Source: an uncultured Actinomycetes bacterium
GTDB lineage: Bacteria; Actinomycetota; Thermoleophilia; RBG-16-64-13
Assembly: GCA_963747275.1 (NCBI GenBank)
Contig: CAVVEI010000012.1
Coordinates: forward strand, 86,388-150,387
Direction: 5' to 3'
Length of the DNA stretch: 64,000 nt
Part shown: positions 1 through 10,637 of the stretch, piece after piece
Layout of the letters: every line of letters begins with the position of its first letter
Numbering within the stretch: position 1 is the first letter of the stretch
Translations under genes and position numbers: made by a program
Notes under the pieces: model-generated
Databases searched by the model: none
What the model saw: the letters and a program-made list of their open reading frames with translations, nothing else
Told to the model about the DNA's origin: nothing

Positions 1-475
1 GACAATCGTCCAAATAGCGGTCGTCGGTGGAGGCTACTGAGATAACGGCCTTGAGCTGGGAGGGCCGGCGGGCGGCAATCTGCAGACCGTTGAAGCCGCC
101 CCAGGAATAGCCGATCATGCCCACCGCCCCGTTGCACCACGGCTGTCTCTCGAGCCAGGCCAGCACCTCAAGGGCGTCGTCCTGCTCTTGAGAGAGGTAC
201 TCCCCATGTAACACCCCATCGGAGTCGCCGGTGCCTCTCAGATCCACCCGCACTGCTGCGTATCCATGCGCGGCGAAGTAGGGATGACGGCTCAAGTCGT
301 CGAGCACGGTGCCGTCGGACTTGCGGTAGGGCAGATACTCGAGCACAGCGGGCACAGGCTCTCTGGCGGCATTGGCGGGCATCCATACACGCGCAGCCAA
401 CCGCGTCCCATCTCGGAGGGGTATCCACACGTTGTGGAGCAGTTCGACGGAGTAGGTGATTCCCGGCAGGCCCAT
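1..475 (-). CDS. CocE/NonD family hydrolase, 5' part (runs off window start)
   Basis: Not in the ORF track. Manual translation from ATG at 475: MGLPGITYSVELLHNVWIPLRDGTRLAARVWMP...LEYLPYRK...GYAAVRVDLRGTGDSDG...WCNGAVGMIGYSWGG (GxSxxG nucleophile motif). Confidence 0.9.
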   Translation of the reverse strand, partial: MGLPGITYSVELLHNVWIPLRDGTRLAARVWMPANAAREPVPAVLEYLPYRKSDGTVLDDLSRHPYFAAHGYAAVRVDLRGTGDSDGVLHGEYLSQEQDDALEVLAWLERQPWCNGAVGMIGYSWGGFNGLQIAARRPSQLKAVISVASTDDRYLDDC

Positions 476-777
476 GTAGCGCCGCGCTACCGCTGTCTCC
501 GGCCGAGGAAGGGTATCGTTCTCAGCGTGTTGTGTTGCATAGCAGTTCCCTCCAAGCATCGGCCGACTGCTGCGACCCAGCACCTTCTGACACCGTGACG
601 ATTCCCCATCGGAAGCTCCCAGACACCTGGCCTATGGAGCACGAGCATACGCACATACCCTCTCAGGTCAGTCTACCTTGTGGCGTATTGCTCGATACCC
701 TTCCGCACGGCCTGGTAGTGGTCTATGCTTGGGCTTCTGGCAAACACGCGCAGGACGTTGCAGAAAGGGGGTCGGGC

Positions 778-2262
778 ATGCCCGAGCCGACACTGGAGAG
801 AGCTCGGGAGCGACGCGACTACGAGAGGAGCGCGTCCATCATCTCGGCGGCGCTCGGCGTAGTCGGCAGCTCTGATCTGGCTATGCGCGGTCTGGCCGCC
901 GCGGTCAAGCGGGTGGTCAAGACTCCACAGCAGACCATGACTGCTGATTGGCTGAAGAACTATGTAGCACCAGGCAGCCCCGGCAATACTTTCTTCAAGA
1001 ATGTTCGTCATCTTCATCCCAACGTACGCAAGCGCTACGTCGCCGGGGTGATTGCCAACCTCTTCTACAGAGATCCTGAGTTCAGCGAGTCGCTCCTGAA
1101 AGAGCGGGGTATCTGGTCACCTATCTGCATGCTGATCAGCCCCTCCATGCGCTGCAACCTCAAGTGTGTGGGTTGCTACGCGTCCGAGTACGACGACGAA
1201 GAAGAGCTTACCGAAGCAGAGGTAGAGAGCATCATCAAACAGGGCGAAGACATCGGGTGCCGGTTCTTCATCATGTTGGGCGGAGAGCCCTTCGTGTGGA
1301 AGCCACTGCTCGATGTGGCCGAAAGGCATCATCAGTCACAGTTCATGGTGTACACCAACGGCACCATGATCAACGACCGGTTGGCCGACCGCATAGTCGA
1401 ACTGGGCAACGTGTCCCCTGTCATGAGCATCGAGGGCTCCCGCGAGTCAACCGATGCCCGCCGGGGCCAGGGCACCTATGACCGCATCATGGCGGCCATG
1501 GACCGCCTACGCGAGCGTGGAGCCTTCTTCGCCTACTCCTGCACCGCCACCAGCAGCAACATCGACGAGATCGTCTCCGACGAGTTTGCCGACCTCATGG
1601 TGGCAAAGGGCGCGGCCTACGGCTGGTACTTCTTGTACATGCCGGTCGGTCGCGATCCTGACCTTAGCCTCATGCCCAGTCCCGAGCAGCGCCTGCAGCT
1701 GCATGAGGGCGTGGTGCACATACGCAACACCCGTCCGTTGCTTACCGTCGACTTCTGGGGCGACGGACCCCTCACCGGAGGGTGTCTGTCTGGAGGTCGC
1801 AAGTATCTGCACATCAACAATAAGGGTGACGTGGAGCCCTGCGTCTTCGCCCACTTCGCCGCCGACAACATCAAAGATAAGTCACTGGTCGACTGCCTCT
1901 GCTCGGACTTCTTCAAAGATCTCCGCAGGTTGCAGCCCTTCAGTAGTAACTTGATGCGGCCGTGCCCCATAATCGACCAGCCGGCGGTGCTCAAGTATGC
2001 GGTGGAGCGCAACGGAGCCTATCCCACCCACGAGGGCGCGATGAGTCTGTTCGACGAACTGAAGCCCGGGTTGCACGAGTACGCGGACAAGGCCAAAGAG
2101 GTGCTCGATCCCATCTGGGAGAACGACATGCCCTGGGTGCATCAGTGGCTCACCACCGACTCGCAGTACCAGAATTGCCTGGACCGCGATGGGGACGCCG
2201 AGGACGTCATCGCCCGCGAGACCGGCACGCCCGAGCGCGAGAAGGTGGGCACTCCGGCGTAG
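778..2262 (+). CDS. Radical SAM/SPASM-type protein
   Basis: CNLKCVGC (CxxxCxxC), GGEP motif, and C-terminal GCLSGG..EPCVF..RPCP. Start moved to ATG 778 behind an AAAGGGGG RBS (track ORF starts at 532). Confidence 0.88.
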   Translation: MPEPTLERARERRDYERSASIISAALGVVGSSDLAMRGLAAAVKRVVKTPQQTMTADWLKNYVAPGSPGNTFFKNVRHLHPNVRKRYVAGVIANLFYRDPEFSESLLKERGIWSPICMLISPSMRCNLKCVGCYASEYDDEEELTEAEVESIIKQGEDIGCRFFIMLGGEPFVWKPLLDVAERHHQSQFMVYTNGTMINDRLADRIVELGNVSPVMSIEGSRESTDARRGQGTYDRIMAAMDRLRERGAFFAYSCTATSSNIDEIVSDEFADLMVAKGAAYGWYFLYMPVGRDPDLSLMPSPEQRLQLHEGVVHIRNTRPLLTVDFWGDGPLTGGCLSGGRKYLHINNKGDVEPCVFAHFAADNIKDKSLVDCLCSDFFKDLRRLQPFSSNLMRPCPIIDQPAVLKYAVERNGAYPTHEGAMSLFDELKPGLHEYADKAKEVLDPIWENDMPWVHQWLTTDSQYQNCLDRDGDAEDVIARETGTPEREKVGTPA

Positions 2263-2290
2263 CTGGGCCAGCACAATGGCAGCATCTTAG

Positions 2291-2320
2291 GGAGGGCCGG
2301 GGCAACCCGGCCCTCTTCTC
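2291..2320 (+). terminator. Hairpin between convergent radical SAM and hicA genes
   Basis: GAGGGCCGGG-GCAA-CCCGGCCCTC stem with GNRA loop, followed by TTCTC. Confidence 0.6.
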
Positions 2321-2356
2321 AATTGCGCCTGAGGACCTTCTACCCTTCGGGAGTCG

Positions 2357-2563
2357 TCAGAGATCCTCTTCCGATACCCCGGATGCTTTGAGTAGGTGAT
2401 TCAGCAGGCCGGCCCTTAGCGGACGATTCTCATGGATGGGGACAGATAGCCGCACGGGACTACTCTCTTTGCCATAGATGTGGTGACTACCGCTGACCCG
2501 CAGCAGCACCCAACCCGCACGCTCAGCCGCCTTCGCGAACTGGCGCCCAGAGACGGTCTTCAT
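2357..2563 (-). CDS. hicA: HicA family mRNA interferase toxin
   Basis: 68 aa; GWVLLRVSGSHHIY (GSH catalytic His), LSVPIH, LRAGLLNHLLKASG. Confidence 0.9.
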   Translation of the reverse strand: MKTVSGRQFAKAAERAGWVLLRVSGSHHIYGKESSPVRLSVPIHENRPLRAGLLNHLLKASGVSEEDL

Positions 2564-2760
2564 ACGGCGATTTCTACTACCCGGTCGCTCGCTTCGTCCG
2601 GCTCGGTCACATCCACCGAGAGACAGCCCACTACAGCCTCGCGAAGGTTATCGAGAAGCTCGGCGTAGGTATCTGCCTGCGTGCAGCATCCAGGTATGGC
2701 GGGAACCTCAGCCCAGAAACCACCTTCTTCGGCCTCATGCACGATCGCCTTCAGCTTCAA
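2560..2760 (-). CDS. hicB: Short HicB family antitoxin
   Basis: EAEEGGFWAEVPAIPGCCTQADTYAELLDNLREAV; AGGAGG RBS before TTG; overlaps the hicA start. Confidence 0.9.
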   Translation of the reverse strand: MKLKAIVHEAEEGGFWAEVPAIPGCCTQADTYAELLDNLREAVVGCLSVDVTEPDEASDRVVEIAV

Positions 2761-2832
2761 GGCCCCTCCTTAACTTGAATCCACGCTGCCTAGAGTATAG
2801 TCCCCCGAGGCGCGACCATGGCCCGAACGGGC

Positions 2833-5800
2833 TTAGGCCTGCACCAGCTCCAAAGCGGCCACGCTGCGCACCAGCCGCGCGATGGCGGCCAGTTGGCGAA
2901 GACGGTTGAGCTTGACCTCTTCTTCTTTGGCCATGACCAACACGTCGTCGAAGTAGCGGTCCAGCGTCGGGCGCAGAGCCGCAAGCTCACCTAGCGCATC
3001 GCCGAGGCGACCTGCCTCTACCGCCGCGTCGACTTTGGCCGCGGCCTCGGTGTAGGAAGCGAAGAGCGTCTTCTCTACCTCTACCTCAAAGAGCGCCGCA
3101 TCCACGCCACCGTCGGTCTTGGCGGCCGCCTCAGCCTCCGCGTCGGGGGGTAGCTTCTTGGCCAGGTTGGCCGGACGGGTGAACACGGTCACCAAGTCGT
3201 CCCACCCGGCGCCTGCGCGGAATGCGTGCAGCGCTTGGGCACGCGCCTTGAGGTCCAAGAAGTCGCACGAGGTGGGCAGCACCGCCTCCACCGTGTCGCG
3301 CGCCAGGCCATCGTCGGTGAGGGCTTTGGCCAGACGCTCGAGCACGAAGGCAGTGGCGTCTGTCACCACCGTGGCACGGTCGACGAGTCCGGGGAAGCGC
3401 TCCAGTTCATCGTAGGCCCTGCCGAGCAGGCCGGCCACGTCGTAGCGCAGACCATGTTCCATGGCTATGGCCACCATGCCCGCCGCCGCCCGCCGCAGAC
3501 CGTGAGGGTCTTTGGAGCCCGAAGGGGGTTCGCCGCAGGCGAACCCCGCGACGATGTTGTCTACCTTCTCGGCGGTAGCCAGCAAAGCACCGGGTACGGT
3601 CTTGGGCACGACGCCACCCGCCGCATCGGGCAAGAACTGCTCGCGGATGGCCTGCGCGACCTCGGGGTGATGCCCCTCCATGAGAGCGTAGGTCTCGCCC
3701 ATGACGCCCTCCAAGTCGGCGAACTCGCGCACCATGATGCTCACCTGGTCGGCCTTGCTGAGTCGGGCGGCTTCGAGCGCGTGCTCCCGGGCTTCGCCGG
3801 GAGCGCCGGTCACCTCGGCCAAGTACCCGGTCAGCGCGATCAACCGCTCGGTCTTGTCGGCCATGGTGCCGGCTTTGATGTGAAAGACGATCTTGCCCAA
3901 CTGGGCGACCATCTGCTCCAGGCCCATGGCCTTGTCTTTGTCGAACGAGAACTCCGCGTCTTCGATCCGTCCCTCGAGCACCCGCAGGTTACCGGCGGTT
4001 ATCTGGCCCAAGTGCTCAGCGTCGCCATTGGTGACGAACAGGAACGTGTTGGAGAGCTTGCCCTTCTTGTCCAATAGCGGGAAGTAGCGCTGATGCGACT
4101 GCATGGCCGTCTCCAGCACTTCGGCCGGTAGGCCGAGATGATGCCCCTCGAACTGACCCGCGGCCACAGTCGGCCACTCGTTCAAGAAGAGGACCTCCTC
4201 CAACTTCCCGCTGGGATCGATCCACCGGAGCCCTTGCTCCTCGGCCAGCTTGTCCAGGTCGGCGCGTATGAGCTTCTCCCGTTGCTCGTGGTCGACCACC
4301 ACGTTCACCAACGCCATGTCCTCGACATACTCCGCCGGACGCTTGATATCGATGGGTCTGCCCAACCACTCGATGCCCCTGGCTCATCCGACCCGACGTC
4401 AAACCGGCGATGCCGAAGGGCACCACAGTCTCGCCCCACAGGGCCACCAGCCAGCGAATGGGCCGCGAGAAGCGCACCCCGCGCTCTTCCCAACGCATGT
4501 TCTTGGGAAAGTACATATCGCGGACTATCTTCAGACAAAGGTCGGGCAGCAACTTCGCAGTCGGCCGGCTCTCGCTCTGGGTGACGTGGTACACGAAGTT
4601 GCGCCCACCTTCCTCGCGCACCACCAGGTCTTTGGCCGTCACTCCCTTGGCTCGGGCAAAGCCCTCGCAGGCCTTGGTGGGATTGCCCTCGGCGTCGAAG
4701 GCCGCCTCCACCGCCGGGCCGCGCTGCGCTATCTCCCGTGGCGCCTGCGCGCCTGGTATGTCCTTGACCAGAACGGCTATGCGGCGTGGCGACACCATCA
4801 CCTTCACGCGGGCGGCGGTGAGGTCGACGCCCTCCGCGGTGAACAGGCCCGCCACCCTCTCCGGCAGCAGATCGATGGCCGCCCGGCACGCGGAGGCCGG
4901 CATCTCTTCTACCCCTATCTCAAGCAAGAAGTCGTGGCCTTCCTGGTCGCGCGATGAGATCCATCCGGTGTCCGCTGCCGCAACCTCGGCTGCGGCCGGA
5001 GGGGTCTCCGTGATCGCGGTCGCCCCGTCCCCCGCCGGAGCCAGCTCAGCGGAGTAGCCCTCGGCCACTTTGCGGGCCAGGTTGCGCACTCGGGCTATAT
5101 AGCCTGTGCGCTCGGTGACGCTGATGGCACCCCGGGCATCGAGCAGGTTGAACATGTGCGAGGTCTTGAGGACGAAATCGTAGGCCGGCCGGGTGAGCCC
5201 GCGCTCCAGGCAACGTTCGCACTCGCGCTCGTAGTCGGCGAACGACTTCTGCAAGAGCGATATGTCGGCCAGCTCGAAGTTGTACTCCGACCACTGCGCC
5301 TCGCTCCTCTTGTACACGTCGCCGTAGGTGACGCCGGGCACCCACTCCAGGTCGTAGACGTTGTCCTTGCCCTGCAGGTACATGGCCAGACGCTCTGTGC
5401 CGTAGGTCAGCTCCACGCTGGTGGGGTCCAGATCTATGCCGCCCACCTGCTGAAAGTAGGTGAACTGGGTGCACTCCATGCCGTCTATCCAGACTTCCCA
5501 GCCCAGACCCCAGGCGCCCAGGGTGGGCGACTCCCAGTCGTCCTCCACAAAGCGGACGTCGTGCTTGCTGAGGTCTATGCCCAAGTGCTCCAGCGAGGCC
5601 AGGTAGAGGTCTTGGATGTTGTCTGGGCAGGGCTTGAGTATCACCTGGTACTGGTAGTAGTGACCAAGCCGGTAGGGATTCTCACCATAGCGTCCGTCGG
5701 TAGGCCGGATAGAGGGCTCCACGTAGGCGACCTTCCAAGCATCCGGACCGAGAACCTTGAGAAAGGTAGCCGGGTTGAAAGTCCCGGCGCCTACTTCGGT

Positions 5801-5896
5801 GTGGTGCGGTTGCCAGACGATGCAGCCCTGCTTGGCCCAGAACTCCTGCAGACCCAACAGGACGTCTTGAAAGGTTGGTGGCTTCTTGGCGCTCAC
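2833..5896 (-). CDS. glyQS: Glycine--tRNA ligase, fused alpha+beta subunits (one frameshift near 4370)
   Basis: Alpha motifs ([33 protein letters not shown]) run in frame into beta motifs ([22 protein letters not shown]). The second ORF continues beta ([19 protein letters not shown], anticodon-binding C-terminus). Confidence 0.93.
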
Positions 5897-5909
5897 ATGG
5901 TCTCCAGGT

Positions 5910-7904
5910 CTAGGGCGTCGGCGGTGGCGGCTCGGTGGTCGGCGGGGGCGGCTCGGTGGTCGGCGGCAGCGTGGTAGTAGGCACCTTGCCCACAGTGAGC
6001 CTGATGGTGGTACCCGCCGCTACGACGGTCCCCGCGGCCGGGTCTTGCTGGATGACCTTGTCCCATAGAGAGGGGTCGGCTATCTCGTAGTAATCGACTG
6101 TCGACTTCAGATGGAACTGGGTCAGCAAGGCCTTTGCCTGCGTCAGCGTCATGCCCACCTGCGCGACAGGCGGCACCACGACCATGTTGGAGACCGGGGC
6201 ATTACTTACCTCCAGTGACACCTGGGCGCCTGCCTGCACCTGAGTGCCCTCCGGCGGGTCTTGAGTGAGTACTGTCCCGCCCGGCAACTCGGAGTCGACC
6301 TCCGTGACCTTGGGCACGAGACCCAGGCTGTAGAGGGCGTTCTCGGCAGCGGCCCGGCTCAGACCGATCAGGCGAGGCACCAGCACCATGTTGTTGGGCA
6401 CGGCCACCCAGATAGTCACTGTGCTGCCCGCCTGCACTATGTTGCCGGATGCGGGCTCCTGCCGCTGCACGTAGTTGACCTTGGTGGTGTCGTCGGTAGG
6501 CTCCTCTTCTACCAGCACCTTCAGACCCAGCGCTTCCAGCTTGTCGATGGCCGTGAAACGATCCATGCCGACGACACTCAGCAGAGTCACAGGTCCACTA
6601 CCAGAAGAGACCCAGATGCTCACGCTGCCGCCCTTTCTCATGGCAGTGCCCTCATCGGGTTCTTGGTGTGCCACCAAGCCTTCGGCAACATCAGCCGAGG
6701 CCTGCGCGCCCTTGTTGTCAAGCTTGAAGCCGGCATCGGAGAGCTTGTTCGCGGCTTCGTCCAGGCTCAAGCCCACCACGCTGGGCACGACCCCCATCTC
6801 ACCCGGGCCACCCCACGTGTAGATGCTCACCGCAGTCACCACGAGCGCGACCAGGAGCGCGGCCACAGCTCCCCACAGCGCCCAGTTCTTCTTCTTGCCG
6901 GAGTCTTTGCCGAAGTACTCCTCGGCCAACGGCTCGTCTTCTATCGGCCCCCTGGAGGTCTGAGCCGCCCTGCGCCCCGACTGCGCCGACCACTCGCCGC
7001 CCTGTCCCGTATCCGCCAAGGCATGCATGGGCGTGGTAGCGCTGGGGGTCATGCCGCCACCTTGACCAGGCGACGGATCTACCGACTTACCCTCCTGCAC
7101 GCGCCAAAGGTCGTCGAGCATGGCCTGAGCAGTCAGATAGCGCTCGGTGGGATGCTTGGCCATGGCGCGAAGGATCACCGTCTCGAGGTTCTCGGGTATG
7201 CCGGGCACCAGCCTGCTCGGCGGCACGGGGGCGTCGTGGACGTGTTGCATGGCTATGCCCACCGAGGTGTCGGCGTCGAATGGCAGCCTGCCGGTGGCCA
7301 TCTCGTACATGACCACGCCCAGCGAGTACAGATCGGAGGCCGCCTCCACGGCCTGGCCTTGGGCCTGCTCGGGCGAGAGGTAGTGCGCGGTACCGATGCT
7401 GTGCCCCACCTCAGTGAGCGAGGTACCACCGCCTGCGCGCGCTATGCCGAAGTCGGTGACCTTCACCCGCCCTTCGTTGTCGATGATTATGTTCTGCGGC
7501 TTGATGTCGCGATGGATTATGTCGCGGCGGTGAACGTAGCGGAGTGCCTCGACTATCTGCCGCGACACCGAGACTATGAGGTCGGTATCCAGCGGTGCGT
7601 ACTTGACTATGATGTCCTTGAGAGAGCGGCCGGGCAGGAACTCCATGGCTATGTAGTAGGTGCCGTCGGCCTGTCCCTTGTCGTATATCTGCACGATGTT
7701 GGGATGGTTGAGGCTGGCCGCGGCACTGGCCTCACGACGGAAGCGCTCCACGAACTCATGGTCGTTGTTGTACTGGGCAGACAGCACCTTGAGCGCCACC
7801 TGCCGACCGAGCAAGCGGTCTTTGGCAAGGTAGACGTCGGCCATGCCGCCGCTGCCCACCCTTTTGAGCACTTCGTATCGGTCGTCGAACACTCGCCCTA
7901 TCAC
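5910..7904 (-). CDS. pknB: Stk1/PknB PASTA-domain Ser/Thr kinase
   Basis: [27 protein letters not shown]; one TM helix; about four PASTA repeats; Pro/Thr tail. Confidence 0.95.
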   Translation of the reverse strand: MIGRVFDDRYEVLKRVGSGGMADVYLAKDRLLGRQVALKVLSAQYNNDHEFVERFRREASAAASLNHPNIVQIYDKGQADGTYYIAMEFLPGRSLKDIIVKYAPLDTDLIVSVSRQIVEALRYVHRRDIIHRDIKPQNIIIDNEGRVKVTDFGIARAGGGTSLTEVGHSIGTAHYLSPEQAQGQAVEAASDLYSLGVVMYEMATGRLPFDADTSVGIAMQHVHDAPVPPSRLVPGIPENLETVILRAMAKHPTERYLTAQAMLDDLWRVQEGKSVDPSPGQGGGMTPSATTPMHALADTGQGGEWSAQSGRRAAQTSRGPIEDEPLAEEYFGKDSGKKKNWALWGAVAALLVALVVTAVSIYTWGGPGEMGVVPSVVGLSLDEAANKLSDAGFKLDNKGAQASADVAEGLVAHQEPDEGTAMRKGGSVSIWVSSGSGPVTLLSVVGMDRFTAIDKLEALGLKVLVEEEPTDDTTKVNYVQRQEPASGNIVQAGSTVTIWVAVPNNMVLVPRLIGLSRAAAENALYSLGLVPKVTEVDSELPGGTVLTQDPPEGTQVQAGAQVSLEVSNAPVSNMVVVPPVAQVGMTLTQAKALLTQFHLKSTVDYYEIADPSLWDKVIQQDPAAGTVVAAGTTIRLTVGKVPTTTLPPTTEPPPPTTEPPPPTP

Positions 7905-7982
7905 TGCGCTATCACCATCCAGCTTCTTCTACCTTGACCGGTGTCGCTCGCCCGGCGCCAGATAGTATCTCACCCCTGCAGC

Positions 7983-9365
7983 TCATCGCCCCAGAGCCGC
8001 GGCAATGACTCTGCGTACTATGGGGGCGGCGACGCTTCCGCCGGTGCCGGCGTTCTCGACTATCACGACTACGACGACGGTCGGGGCCTCAGCGGGGGCA
8101 AGGCCGATAAACCAAGCGTGCGGCTCGGCGCCGGCGACTTCAGCGGTGCCTGTCTTACCCGCAACCTGGACGCCCGCCAAAGAGGCCGCGGTTCCCGTGC
8201 CACTCTTGACCACCTGCACCATAAGCGCCCGCACGGTGGCCGCCGTTGTGCCTGATATGGGCTGTGCCCACACAGCCGGGTCGGCCTTTCGTAACACCGT
8301 ACCCTTGGCGCTGGTGACCTTGTTGACGATGTAGGGCTTCATCATCTTGCCGTCGTTGGCTATCGCCGCCGCGATGAGGGCCATCTCCAGAGGTGAGGCC
8401 AACACCTCGCCCTGGCCGAATGCAGCCTGAGCCACATGCGCGTCGTCCATTCCGTCAGGGTCCGGGAAGCGGCTGTCGGCGCCGCCCAGAGGCCAGGGCG
8501 GGTCTTGCCCGAAGCCGAACGCTGCCGCGTAGCCGGCCACCGCTTCGGCGCCGAGGTCTACGCCGATCTTGGCGAAGGTGGTGTTGATGCTACTGGCGAA
8601 GGCCTTCGAGAAGTCGTGCTTGCCGTAGACCTTCTCGTCGAAGTTCGAGACCACATAGCCCCCGGCTGTGAATGTGCCGGTGTCTTCAAAAGTGCTGTCT
8701 ACGGTCACCTTGCCCAGTTCGAGCGCAGCGGCTGCGACCACGGTCTTGAACACCGACCCCGGGGGATAGAGCCCCATAGTCGCCCGATTCAGCAACGGCC
8801 TGCCCTCGTCGACGCTGAGTTCGGCCCAGATCTCTTCTAGGCGGTCGGGGTCGTAGCGCGGATACGAGACCATGGCGATTATGGCCCCCGTGCGTGGATC
8901 GAGGGCGATGACGGCCCCCTTGCGCTCCCCCAGCGCCTTGGCAGCCGCCTCTTGAACGCCCATGTCGATGGTGAGCTCGAGGTCTGCGCCCTGCCTCTCG
9001 CCTGTGAGTTGGTTGATGACCCCCAAGGTGCCCGACTGCCCCGAAAGGTCTTCGTTATAGACGCGCTCGATGCCCGCCCGCCCGTACATAAGACTGCTGT
9101 AGCCCAACCACGGTGAGGTGAGAGTCCCCTTGGGATAGGTGCGGTCGTAGTCCTCACCAGACTTGATGCTGTCGGCCAGCACCACGCCGTCGGCGGACAC
9201 TATCTTGCCTCGCTTCACCCGCATCTCTTCTTGTATGGAGCGCGTGTTGGTGGGCTCTATCTTGAGCTCCGGCGCCCTGACCACTTGCCAGTAGGTCAGC
9301 TGCAGCACCAAGGCCATGAACAATACCGAGAAGAACAGGAACAGTCGGCGTACCGGTTTGTCCAC
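7983..9365 (-). CDS. pbpA: Class B penicillin-binding protein PbpA
   Basis: GSVFK (SxxK), SIN (SxN) and KTG motifs; N-terminal TM anchor; adjacent to rodA. Confidence 0.93.
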   Translation of the reverse strand: MDKPVRRLFLFFSVLFMALVLQLTYWQVVRAPELKIEPTNTRSIQEEMRVKRGKIVSADGVVLADSIKSGEDYDRTYPKGTLTSPWLGYSSLMYGRAGIERVYNEDLSGQSGTLGVINQLTGERQGADLELTIDMGVQEAAAKALGERKGAVIALDPRTGAIIAMVSYPRYDPDRLEEIWAELSVDEGRPLLNRATMGLYPPGSVFKTVVAAAALELGKVTVDSTFEDTGTFTAGGYVVSNFDEKVYGKHDFSKAFASSINTTFAKIGVDLGAEAVAGYAAAFGFGQDPPWPLGGADSRFPDPDGMDDAHVAQAAFGQGEVLASPLEMALIAAAIANDGKMMKPYIVNKVTSAKGTVLRKADPAVWAQPISGTTAATVRALMVQVVKSGTGTAASLAGVQVAGKTGTAEVAGAEPHAWFIGLAPAEAPTVVVVVIVENAGTGGSVAAPIVRRVIAAALGR

Positions 9366-10637
9366 CTATGCCTCCGACCGGTCGCTGATGCGAAGCAGCA
9401 GTCCGACCAGCACGAAGTTGGCCACCACCGAGCTGCCTCCATAGCTTATGAACGGCAGGGTGATGCCGGTGAGAGGTATCAGTTTGATGACCCCGCCCAT
9501 GATCAGAAACGCCTGCAGAGCGAAGATGCTGGTGAGACCGGTGGCCAGCAGCCGCCTGAAGTCATCACCGGCCTTGGTGGCGATGCGGAAGCCCCGATAG
9601 ACGAAGATCAAGAACAGAAGGATTATCGCCACCGCGCCCACCAGTCCCAACTCCTCCCCTATGGCGGAGAAGATGAAGTCGGTCTCGACGTACGGGATGC
9701 GCGGCTTGCCCGAGGGAAACATCAGGTACCCCTGGCCCAACCCCCTGCCGAGCAGACCCCCCGAGGCCAGGGCGAAGAGCGACTGCACTATCTGATAGCC
9801 CTTGTTCCCCGCGTCGCTCCAAGGGTCTATCCATACGTCCACCCTTGTCTGCACGTGAGGGAAGGCCAGGTAGAGAACGACACCGCCGAGGGCCACCAAC
9901 ACGCCCCCCACCAGCACGTAGAAGATCCTGCCGGTGGCGGCATAGAGCAAAGCCAGCAGCGCTCCAAAGAACAGCATGCTGGTACCCAGGTCTTTCATGA
10001 AGACCATCAAGGCCATCGAAACGGCCCAGACTATGAGCAAAGGCGCCAGGTAGCGCAGAGGCGGCAACGGCACCCCCAGGATGCGACGCGTGCTCACGGT
10101 GAGTACCTCGCGTATGTCCACCAGATAGCCTGCGAAGAAGATGACCAACAGGATCTTGGCAAACTCGCCAGGCTGAAAGCCGACCGGCCCGATATTCACC
10201 CAAAGCCTGGCCCCGTTTATCTCCTGGCCAAGAAACGCTGTGAGAAGGAGAGTGAGCAGACCCAGGATGCCCACCGGGAAGCGCAACTTGCAGATTAGCT
10301 TCATATCTCGCATCACCGCCAGCACCAGCAGCAGGGCACCGATGCCGGCCACGAACCACAGGGACTGCTTGAAGGCAAGATCCGCCTTGAGCCTGAAGAT
10401 GAAGACAATGCCTACGGTGGAGAGCAGCGCGGAAAGAGGCAGGAGGTAGGGGTCCGCTCGGGGGGCCAGAAAGCGCATGCCTAGGTGGGCTATGACGAAC
10501 AACACGACGAAGATGACCGCATAGAAGAGTGTGCTGGGAGTGGAGCGGTCCATCTGAAAGTACACCAGCGCGAACCCCAATAGGGTCAGAAGGAGTGCCG
10601 GTATCAGAAGGACAAGTTCGCGATTACGCGGCTTCAA
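9366..10637 (-). CDS. rodA: SEDS family peptidoglycan polymerase RodA/FtsW
   Basis: Multi-TM; QPGEFAK, KDLGT, TDFIFSAIGEELG, TGITLPFISYGGSS. Confidence 0.93.
   Translation of the reverse strand: MKPRNRELVLLIPALLLTLLGFALVYFQMDRSTPSTLFYAVIFVVLFVIAHLGMRFLAPRADPYLLPLSALLSTVGIVFIFRLKADLAFKQSLWFVAGIGALLLVLAVMRDMKLICKLRFPVGILGLLTLLLTAFLGQEINGARLWVNIGPVGFQPGEFAKILLVIFFAGYLVDIREVLTVSTRRILGVPLPPLRYLAPLLIVWAVSMALMVFMKDLGTSMLFFGALLALLYAATGRIFYVLVGGVLVALGGVVLYLAFPHVQTRVDVWIDPWSDAGNKGYQIVQSLFALASGGLLGRGLGQGYLMFPSGKPRIPYVETDFIFSAIGEELGLVGAVAIILLFLIFVYRGFRIATKAGDDFRRLLATGLTSIFALQAFLIMGGVIKLIPLTGITLPFISYGGSSVVANFVLVGLLLRISDRSEA

Noticed and set aside
5915-5980. Tandem DNA repeat at the pknB 3' end (also 25430-25500, 25925-25980)
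   Set aside because: Encodes ordinary Pro/Thr or Pro/Ala linkers.
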